Shown: one piece after another, positions 1-10,072 of the stretch | Layout of the letters: every line of letters begins with the position of its first letter | Position numbering within the stretch: the stretch's first letter is position 1 | DNA from: Naegleria gruberi | Taxonomy: Eukaryota | Reading direction: 5' to 3' (one strand) | NCBI GenBank assembly: GCA_000004985.1 | Contig: GG738849.1 | Length of the DNA: 64,000 nt | Translations under genes and position numbers: made by a program | Notes under the pieces: model-generated | Database searches by the model: none | Seen by the model: the letters and a program-made list of their open reading frames with translations, nothing else | What the model was told of the DNA's origin: nothing

Positions 1-1033
1 TCCATGAAGAGCATCTTTTGGTCGGTTACTCTATTCAGTGAAGCATTGCACAATGTCATCTCAATTCGTGTATTCGTGTGTTTAGTGTTTGTGGAGGAGG
101 TGGTTGTGTAGAGTAAATTGCTATTGTCATCAGTGGTGCAATCAGAGCAGCTCTTCTTAATCAGTCCAATCAAGGAAAACGGTTGGAGACCAACAATTGC
201 TTGTTGTCCATGGGTCGATTCAAAAATCATATTGTTCTTAGTTTCAGGTTTTTCAGTTATTCAACTTTGATATTTGTTTCACAGAGTTTTTCTGCTAGAA
301 TGTTGTGAAGACTTTTTTTTTATGAAATGTTGATTTTTAAAACACAAAATGTTCAGTTTGAAATGGGTTGAACGAGTGTATCTTCGTATGCAAACAAAAC
401 GAATGTTCGTAGGTAACAGAGCTAATTTGGTGGTCCATTAGGGTATTCAGAATAATCGATAATGAAAAACTGCTGTTTTCAAGAATCATGACACAATAGT
501 CATATGAGTAAGGCTGCAAAAGTCGTTTGGAATATGAAATGGAGTTATTATCTCATCTCTACCAATAGACATTTTACAAATAAGGAGCTTGTTAAAAACA
601 ATTATTTAGGAATATCACTTCCCATGTAAAGACTGTTTGGGAATAGTGGATGATTGTTTTTCCACCAGTGAGGAAAACAAGGCCTCTCGGCGCTTTGTGA
701 AGGCGACTATAGATCCTCTTCGTGATCAAAGGATTTAATAATCCACGAGATACAGAATTGGTCACATCCCTGTATAGAGAAATTTTTTTACAACCATTGC
801 AATAATAACTACGGTTTTTATCCTCTCCTCCACAACACATGATCGGTGCTAGAGGCAGATCTTTCATTTGATTGAAGGTTTTCAAATCTTAATTTGCTTA
901 TTACAAGTTGTTGAATAGGAAGGAGGAATTGGTGCAACAAGTGAACACTAAAATTTAAAGCCTTGCTTACTTGATAGCTTTGAGATTTTGGCGCTTAAAA
1001 AAAAATAGCTTTAGACACTGTACTTTGAGTAAA

Positions 1034-4000
1034 ATGATCGAGGAAGACATTTTTGAGGAAATTTCCTTGGTCAATTTGTTGAATGATATTGAGAAGACAA
1101 GGCCTTTGAAGAGGAGTGATCGAATTGGTGCAAATGGACAACAATTAGTAGCTACCACATCTAGATCAAGTTTGCTTATGGAGAAGGAGATAATTCCCCC
1201 TGATATTGTGCCTTCAATGAAGAAGATTCCTGCCGAAAAGCCCTCAAAGGTTGTGAATCCTCTCAAAATCCAAAAGCCTAAAAAGACAAAAATTGTATCT
1301 GGCAGGCAGCAAAACCATCACCAAAAGAACTCTCTTCAACAACAAGGAAAGAAGAATCAAGGCTTGAAAGAAAAAAATGTTAATCTGAAACGAAACTCTT
1401 CAAATGATGATAACAACGGTTGGAAAGGTCAATACGAGAACAATAATAATCATGATGAAAGCTCTCCCACCATTATGGAAGAACAAAATCTTGAAGGAAG
1501 GTTATCTGTATCATTGGTTCATCATCGTTTCAAAAACGTTTTCGGATTTGGTCACTTTAACAAGCTACAGTCAGCCTGTTTTCACAAAATTTATGATTCC
1601 GATGATAATGTTGTAATTTCAGCTCCAACAGGATCAGGAAAGAGTTGTTGTTTGGAATTGGGAATGATTAGAGTATTGGAAAAGTATTATGGAAAAAAGC
1701 AAGAACAAGGAAAACACAAGATTATTTACATTGCGCCAGTGAAGGCTTTGGTGCAAGAGAAGTACAATGAATGGAAGCAAAAGTTTTCCTCTCTCGGGAT
1801 TAATGTTGGAGAGTTGACTGGTGACACTCATCAAGTGACAGCAGAGACTTTGGAACCATTTGATATTATATTAACAACACCAGAGGTATGTTTTCATTGT
1901 GACGATTTATTTCCTTAATTTCTTAGAAATATGATTCTTTGAGTAGAAAATGGAGAGATGACAGTTGTTTGAAATTTGTGAAGTCTACAGAGTTGATTCT
2001 TATTGATGAAGTTCACTTGTTGAATGAGGTGAGTATTTTGAAATACCTTATTGTCATAATATTTTCTATTAGGAAAGAGGAGCTGTTTTAGAGGCAATAG
2101 TATCCCGTATCAAGAGCATTTCCTCAATTCAAAATCATAGCTCACGAATTATTGCTCTATCAGCTACAATTCCAAACATTGAGGATGTAGCCACTTGGTT
2201 GGATGTCTCACAATCAAATGTATTGGTATTTGGTGATGAGTATAGACCATCCAAACTTGAATTAAGGTCCATTGGATTTACAAATGATAAGAAGAATTAC
2301 TTTGCCTTTGAGAAAATGTTAGATAAGAAATTATTTGATATTATCAAATCTGAGAGTCACGAGAAACCGACTCTTGTTTTTTGTAGTAGCAGAAATTCCA
2401 CAATGAAGAGTGCTCAACAAATTGTCAACGATTCAAATTCTTGCAAAACCAATTACTTTATCACATCCAATGAACAGAAAGAGAGACTCACTGCAAAGTC
2501 CAAAAATGTTGAAGATCAACAACTCAGAGAAATGATTGTATTTGGAGTTGCCTTTCACTCAGCACAGCTTTCCTCTAACGACCGTAATATTGTAGAGTCA
2601 TTGTTTTCAAATAGGGAGTTGAGTGTAATTTGTACCACCTCCACCCTTAGTCAAGGTCTCAACACCCCAGCATATTTGGTCATTATCAAGGGAACCAAAA
2701 TCTATCAATCTGGAACCGGATATAAGGAATATCCCAGTATGAATGTTCTTCAAATGATTGGTAGAGCAGGAAGAGCTGGTTTTGAGGAGGCTGGTCTTGC
2801 TTTGATTTTAACTGAATCTAATATGGCCGAAACCTATCAGAACCTTGCAAATAACAATTATGTCATTGAGTCTACTCTTCACAAATACATATTCGAACAT
2901 TTAAATGCTGAAATATGCCTACAAAGTGTAAGAGATCTAACCGAATCTACCTATTGGCTTAAATCAACATTTCTCTATGCGAGGTAAGTAATTTCAATTT
3001 TGAGTACATTCCAACTTTTTGATAAGATTGCAGAAAAACCCAGAATATTACGGGCTCACAACTTCAGAAGACCTTGAGAAGAAAGTGGAAGAAATTCTCG
3101 AGAAGAGAATCACAGAGCTTGGTGATAATCAAATAATTAACATTGATGGAACCCTAATCAAACCAACTCCTCTTGGTCAAGTAATGTCAAGACTGTACAT
3201 TCAATACAAAACCATGTTGCTCTTACTGAGCTCTATTGGAAGTAAGATGAATGAAAAGAAAATTCTCCAACTTGCTTGCACTGCTGAGGAATTTGCAGAA
3301 TATGCCATTCGGCAAGGTGAAAAAGGAGTACTCATATCATTGAATCAAAATGAAAAGATCAAATATCCATTGAAGAAAAAGATAGAAATGGCAAGAGAGA
3401 AGGTTTTTGTCCTTGTTCAGAGCGTTCTTGGATCAATTACAATAGAGTCTGTCAGTTTGAGACAACAATCTGTCACCCTTAGATCACCTCTTTCGAGAAT
3501 ATTATCTTGCCTCTTTGAAATTGCAAAGAATTTGGGCTTTGGTGTGACCTGCAGAAATGCATTCAAAATGGCCAGAAAAGTGCAAGTTGGATCTTGGAAT
3601 TCAGGATCTACTCTTCCAACCATTCACTCCAGCCAGTACAAGAATGGTATTTCAGTTCAAATAGATATTGGATCTGTTCATAATGCACTTAATAAGTTTT
3701 CCTTGGTAACTATTGAAACTAAGGAGGGTAAAATTCTGGCCCACAGAAAGGTGTGTGAAAGTGGGAAGACATTTTTCAAGATTGACCCAAAGTCACTCCA
3801 CGGCGATTTCTGTTGTTTTATTTGTAACAGTTATGGTGATGAAAGTCAAACTCAAATTACTATTACTGAAAAACCAACCAATTTTAAACGAAAGTACGAA
3901 GATAATAAGGAAAATGAAATTCCCATCTCCAATCCTCCTAAAAAGAAGAATGCATTTACCAACAATCTTAATGAACTAAAACCCAATGTTGTCAATAAGA

Positions 4001-4320
4001 ATGATTCCAGGACAAAGAATGCTGACAAGAAGATAGAAAAGAAGCAAAGCAATCTGGAATTCACTCCACCAAAGAGAAAACCCCAACAACAACGTAGAGA
4101 AATGTCACCTGAAAAATTCGTGTCACCTATACTTGAGAAGGATCCAGAACAATTCTTTGCTCCTCCAAAATCTTTCCAAAAACCAATGTTGAATGATATT
4201 GATATTACCTTAACACCAATCAAGAAGAATTTTGGAGTTAAAAACAATTTGATCGAATCCATTATGAGATATCAACAAAATTCTGGTGATTACATAAGAT
4301 TTGGAAATATGTTTGAATAA
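1034..4320 (+). CDS. HFM1: Ski2-like DEAD/DEAH helicase with one helicase cassette plus a C-terminal Sec63 domain (Mer3/HFM1-type). Proposed exons 1034..1885, 1927..2028, 2073..2983, 3027..4320.
   Basis: Walker A ISAPTGSGKS, DEVH box (LILIDEVHLLNE), SAT (ALSATIPN), motif VI MIGRAGRAGFEEAGLALILTE, then a Sec63-like WH/HhH region. Introns start gtatgt, gtgagt and gtaagt, end in AG, and preserve frame. Only one cassette before the stop, which distinguishes it from Brr2/ASCC3. Confidence 0.7.
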
Positions 4321-4321
4321 T

Positions 4322-4997
4322 TTAAAACTTTTTACTCTTTCTCGATGAACCAACTCCTTGTTGTTGATTATAGTTTTGGACTAAATTACGTACAGATACA
4401 GCAAAATTCAGAGAATCAATTTTCTCTCCAAATGTATAAAAAGGATTACAAATACAATCAATATATAAAGAATGAAGTTGTTGGAATAATGATTTGATTT
4501 CCGAATCTCTGTCCGATTGTTGATATTCGTCTCCTGCAATTATTAATAATAATTTAACATCACTGTTCGTTATATATCCATAAACTTTGTAAATTTCAGT
4601 TGGGAAAAGAAGACCCAAATACATGTCATTTTGACTAACATTTGTTGTTGTTTTACGATTGCTGATCTTTTCTTCAACAATATCCAAAGCTGTGTGAGCA
4701 ATGTAGTGATACTTGAGAGGTTCTTCAGCCTCTGCTGTTTTATAAACTTTAAGAAATAGTGGATTATTCTATTATTATTATTAATTATTAATTATTTAAA
4801 TAGATAAATATTAATTTCATAATTTTCCAACGTTGATGATTGTTAATATTATCAATGATGATGGTGTAAAATTCCGCACAAGTTGTGAATCACATTAAAT
4901 ATATTGATCAACATTTAAGTTTGATCACACTCATAAAATCATAATTTCTTCCACATACCTTCTTGCCAATGATTGACAAACAACAAATACAAGACAT
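4322..4997 (-). CDS. TRAPPC2L: Trafficking protein particle complex subunit 2-like (sedlin family). Exons 4959..4997 and 4322..4768, about 200-nt intron.
   Basis: Exon 1 MSCICCLSIIGKK followed by a gtatgt donor. Exon 2 ...NPLFLKVYKTAEAEEPLKYHYIAHTALDIVEEKI...YKVYGYITNSDVKLLLII...CNPFYTFGEKIDS is colinear with human TRAPPC2L. Confidence 0.8.
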
Positions 4998-5036
4998 TTT
5001 ATAATTTATTAAAAATAATATTAATATCGTTGGAAA
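4998..5036. promoter_or_regulatory. 39-bp A/T-rich bidirectional promoter interval between divergent start codons of TRAPPC2L (-) and PCBD (+).
   Basis: ATG of the minus gene at 4997 and ATG of the plus gene at 5037; intervening sequence tttataatttattaaaaataatattaatatcgttggaaa. Confidence 0.5.
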
Positions 5037-5513
5037 ATGCTCAAAAATCTAATTGTTCGTTCTTCATCATCAAAGCCATCATCAATACTCTGTAAATATC
5101 ATCTCTCCAACTCTTTCCTCCAAATCAATAATAGCAAATCAATTCAAATGAGAAAAATACATAAATACACTGATGAAGAATTGAAGGTAGAATTGGCCAA
5201 AATACCATCATGGGAACTTCATCAAGAGACTAATAGAAATGTGATCCGAAAGAATTTCGTTTTTAAAGATTTTAAACAAGCTTGGGCTTTTATGAATAAA
5301 GTAGCCGAGAAGGCTGATCAGGTAAGTAATAATATCCTAACAAGAATGAATTCTAATTCTTCTTCATAATAGGCCGATCATCACCCAGAGTGGTTCAATG
5401 TTTATAACAAAGTCAATATTGTCCTTTCTACTCACGATTGTGGAGGCTTATCACAACGAGATGTTGATCTTGCCTTGTTTATTGATTCTGTAGCCACCAA
5501 CTCTAAACAATAA
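5037..5513 (+). CDS. PCBD: Pterin-4a-carbinolamine dehydratase (PCD/DCoH) with an N-terminal presequence-like extension. Exons 5037..5321 and 5373..5513.
   Basis: PCD signature ...[39 protein letters not shown] (HHP-x-W ... HD). gtaagt donor at 5322, AG acceptor at 5371-5372, frame preserved. Confidence 0.75.
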
Positions 5514-5654
5514 ATTCCTTCCTCCAATTCCTCTTATACTTGTCTCACCTTGTTATTGTGTTCTCGTCTTTATCAAACATCACCTCTCTTGCATCACAAC
5601 CAAAACAATTTAATAAATAAATTTTCATCACCATTAGAATTAAAAAATCAAAAA

Positions 5655-8600
5655 ATGAAGTTGGAAGCACTGCTGAGTGTGGATTTACCATCAGACAAAC
5701 AAATCAGCAAACTCAGATCGGTTAGTTTCCATCCAACACAAAACAAAATTGCTATTGGATTTAGAAAGGAAATTTATGGTATGTAATTTGTGGATGTGAG
5801 GATGAAGAATGTGATTTCAATATTAATTGTCTATGTTGTTGTTGAAAAAAGAGTATGATCTTGGAACAGGGTCTAGGACTGCTCACTTTAAAACAGAGAG
5901 TGAGGTAACACATATTGCTCACTCTAATACTCATCCGGCAATTGTTTCTGCATTACAAAATGGATGTTTTAGTGTTCTTGATCTAAATACAAATACACTG
6001 ACTGCTTTCCATATTCCTGTCCGAAGAGAGGAAGCAAGAAGTGCATCATTCTTTGCCCTGTCCAATAAGAGACCAATGATTTTCTATGCAAGAACTCCTT
6101 CAAAATTATCACGTGAAAGAACCAATATTGTTTTTGGTATTGAAATGTTTTCCGATTCAAAACATAGAGTTGAGTATAGTCATAAGAAACAAATCACAGC
6201 AATTACTACACATCCTTGTAAATCTTTGATGGCATCAGCAAGTCAAGATGGTGTTATTAAAGTATGGGAGACTGAACAACATAATTTATTATTTCAAATT
6301 GATGGTAAGTTTTTATTATTGATGATTTTAGGATTGAATTTGTGATAATATAGAATTTGAAGCAAACAAAAAGGAAAGAGAAGCTGTTACTAGCTTGTGT
6401 TTTTATAATAGTGGAAGAATAGTGATTATGACATTTTAATTTCTGGAACAAGAGAAGGATCAATCAAAGTATGGTATTTACCAAGTACAACATCACCTCA
6501 ACAACCACGTGTTGTTGGTTATGTCACTACTGATGAATGGATCACATCAATTTTAATCCATCCAAATTTACCATGTCTTTTCTATTTGAACGCTAAAGGA
6601 TGTTTAAATTCTATTGACATTGGATCAATTATTTATTCAACAACTGGTGGACCAAAGATGAAGACATTATTGACAGAATTTGAAATGTTAGATCCATACT
6701 ATGTTGCTTTGCACAGAACAAAGGATACCAAAAAGAGATTAATTCCTATCATTAATGCTACAATCCATCCAAAGACTGGTAATATTGCATTTTACGTAAG
6801 TTTCTTTTTTAAACATTTGTTGTTTATTATTATATTCATAACAAATCAAATAGGGCAAAAATTTCCAAATTTCTGAACTAAATGCAAGAGTCATCAAAGG
6901 AACTATTGTTGCTGATAGATTCCCAATATTTTCTGCTTTTGATTTTGGAAATCCTGGAAGCATGTTACCACATCCTTCTGTTATTAATTCCAATCTCGAA
7001 ATGTTATTGTCCTCTAAAAAACAACAAACCTCTAACGAACTTGTTGCCAATGTGGACTCTTTGGATTATCAAATACCCTTCAATACTATTCCTTATGTTG
7101 ACAGTAGATCTAGACCTCCTCACAATACAGTTTTGTCTTTTGATTTGAAGAAGGAAGTTGCTCAAGTACTTGTTGGATCTTTGAGAGCTACACAAGATTT
7201 GTATCCCTTTTATAGATGCACCAAATCTAATTTCAGTCCTAATAGAAAATCAGTATTGATGTTCTATGAAAAATTACTCAACTCTTCAAATACTTATGAG
7301 AGTGATAACTCTAAATTTTTCTTCTCCAAAGTAGATGATATTTACTCGGGAGGCAAGGATAAAGTCGTATTGCAACTTCAAAAGGGTATTGATGGAGGAT
7401 TTTTGGGAGATTCTAACAAGGATTATGTTGTCCTTTCAGAAGGAGGTGATGTTCTCAAGGTTTACACAAACAATGAGCTTCAAAGTGATATCAAATTGAA
7501 CCGTAAAGTCAAGTCATTATCAACTTGTCCATTCGATAGATCAATTATTTACTGTACAGCCAATAACGAATTAAGTTTAGCCACCTCTATTGAAGACAAG
7601 ACAGAAAACAGACTCCAAATTGACAATAACAAAATTTTCCACCTCAGAGGAAACGAAACACTTATTGATATTCAATGGCAAAGAGAACCATTGTGTAATG
7701 AGGCCTGTTTAGTTGGTGTAATTACTTCTAGAAGAGTTATCATCCTTTCCAAAAATATGGATATGCTTTCATCTGTTGAAGCTTCCAGCCAAATTTCATT
7801 CCAATTCCAATCTATTCTCTGGGTAGGAACAGTACTCCTCTACAATTCTAAAAACTTTATTCACTGTCTTCATCCATATGGATCTACCAATAATTCTAGT
7901 GCCTACATTGGTACATTGGATCATTCTGAATCAGTGTTGTGCGCCACTTTATGTGACAGAGTTTACTTTGTCTCACACAAAGATAGAACCCCAACAATTT
8001 CCTATCGTTATTTGAACATTGTAGAACCTTTGCTTTTGGGTATTTTATCAATTCCAAAAGAAAAGCTTTCTGATGAACAAAGAGGCGATCTTTTAAGAAA
8101 GGTTACCGAAAGATTTGATTGTAGAAATGTTTCTGAAAAAACCTTGTACTTTTTGGAGAGACAAGGTTTCCCTCACTTAGCATCCGAGCTTGTTACAAAC
8201 AGTTTGTTTAACTTTTCATGGGAGTTGAGATTAAGATTGGCTAAGAGTTCAATGAACTTTTCTTATGCCTTGAAGGTTTTGGTTTCTCAATATGAAGAAG
8301 AGTCTCATGATCGTACTGGATTTATTTCTAAGAATTCAAAGTTCTACACACATTTTGTAGATCTTGCCAAATCTTCTTTAGAATATGGTCAATTTTCTGT
8401 TGCTCTCAAATGTTTTGATATGATCAATGATGTTTGGGGATTATTTAATTTATTCACAACTACAAATAATGCCAATGGCTTGAAGCTATTAGCACTTAGA
8501 TGTAGAGATTCACCTGATTTTTATTCAATTTATACAGCTTGTGCTCTATTGATTGGACCTGAAGTGATTGAAGATTTCATAAGAAGTTATGATATCACCA

Positions 8601-10054
8601 TTAATTCTATGGATGTAAATGTTGATGATTGGCCATTTAAGGTTACAGATGTTAAGGAATACGAAGTTAGTACTGAAATTAAGGGAAGAATGCTCGTTGG
8701 TGAAAGAAAGGTTACTGATCAACTCAACTCTGGTAGAGATGCAAGTCTTACTACTCCACCATCTCTGGGAGGTATGCCATCTTCTGAAGAGGAAATTTCC
8801 AAGATGGACATGACTGATTTCCTTAAATGGTTGGGTTATGGAACCATGTCAGTTGGAAAGGAAAATCTTGAAGAGGTTGGTTTCAAGGATGACTTTGGTG
8901 GTCAAGGAGGATCAGCATCAATTGAAGAAGATGAGCCAGCAGGTAAATCAACAAGTAAATTGCCACCACTACCACACAAGTTGCAAGCTCCACCTTCCTT
9001 GGATGTACCAAACGGTTCAACTACATCAGCTACAGAAGCATCAGAGAAGGATGATGATGAAACTAGTGAAATGACATCCACAAAAGATCAAAAATCAAAG
9101 AGAAAGGGTGACAGTGATTCTGATGATAGCGATTCTGATGATGAGGAAGAAGATAAAAGGACCAAGGCATTCCAAGGTCTTAAGATTAAGGAAGAAGTTA
9201 TCTACAAGGATGCTTCAGCCACCGATATTAGAGATTCCATGTCAGGACTTGGTGGATTGGGAGGAGCCAGTAGTAGTCGTAATAGAAGAAGAAGAGGTGT
9301 CACTACAATCAACAACAAGCAAGAGTCAGCCAATGATTCTACCCAAGAATCACCAACACCTTCTACACCATCCAGTCAAAGCAATGAAGACGACGGACCT
9401 AAGCTTGTTAATATTAATCCAACTCAATGCTTGAAGGATGGTATGACAGCTATGGAAAAAGGTGACTTTAAGGAAGCAAGAAATCAAATTGTTTCTGCTA
9501 TTTCAGCTCTAGTTAAGGATAGTACTCAAATCCTTAAGAAGAATAGTATTATTCTTTGTGTAAATTACAAATTATTGATTCACTTGTTAGCCAGAATAAG
9601 AACAGTAGAAAATCAAGCCGATGCCAAAGAACTCGCCAGATTGGCAACATTTATTTGTCAAATCAATGTAATTAATAAGCATAAGATTGTCTGTTACAAT
9701 ATGGGTATCAAGAGAAATATGAATGCTGCCAACTATGGTATCACTAGCTCGATTATCAAGCAATTTATTCCACTCACCGAAAGTATTCCAAAAGTGAAGG
9801 AAGAACTTCAAAAGAGATATCAAGAATGTTCTGAAAAGGGATTCTCTAATGCTGATGCACAATTGGCACAACTTTTCTCAGAGGCAACAGAAGAAAAACC
9901 ATTGAAATTCTGTTGGAAGACTTATCAAGTTATTTCATCACGACACTTGAAGTGTTCATATTGCTCAAGTTTAGGATGTATTTCTGATACTTGTGCAGAA
10001 GATAGTGTTTGTTCATATTGTACATATGGTAATATGGAGCTTGTAGAAGAATAA
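5655..10054 (+). CDS. Large WD40 beta-propeller + alpha-solenoid protein (about 1350 aa) with a Cys-rich C-terminal tail: vesicle-coat/tether-like (protocoatomer) architecture. Exons approximately 5655..5778, 5852..6304, 6354..6795 (frame problem near 6420) and 6854..10054.
   Basis: WD repeats (SVSFHPTQNKIAIG, ASASQDGVIKVWE, GTREGSIKVW), a long helical region, an acidic Ser/Asp-rich insertion (SDSDDSDSDDEEED, about 8880..9400) and a C-terminal CSYCSSLGCISDTCAEDSVCSYCTYG motif. Family assignment (HOPS/CORVET, TSET/TTRAY, SEA/GATOR-like) not resolved. Confidence 0.6.
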
Positions 10055-10072
10055 TTTATAAATTATAACGTT

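Noticed and set aside
640-800. Possible U1/U2/U6 snRNA gene suggested by the GATCACGAAG and cctctcggcgctttg strings.
   Set aside because: No U1 5' end (ATACTTACCTG), no U2 GTAGTA branch-site box, no U6 ACAGAGA box and no Sm site in the right context. Kept only as a low-interest oddity.
971-1033. N-terminal 21 codons of the helicase track ORF (MIALRFWRLKK...).
   Set aside because: The track start is a TTG translated as M. The first true ATG is at 1034.
3417-4262. Numerous 60-140 codon antisense or alternate-frame ORFs in the track (e.g. 3417..3623 -, 3852..4262 -, 8619..9434 +, 45851..46189 +, 61471..61768 +).
   Set aside because: They lie inside longer, homology-supported ORFs on the other strand or frame, and have low-complexity translations typical of AT-rich or GAA/CAA-repeat DNA.
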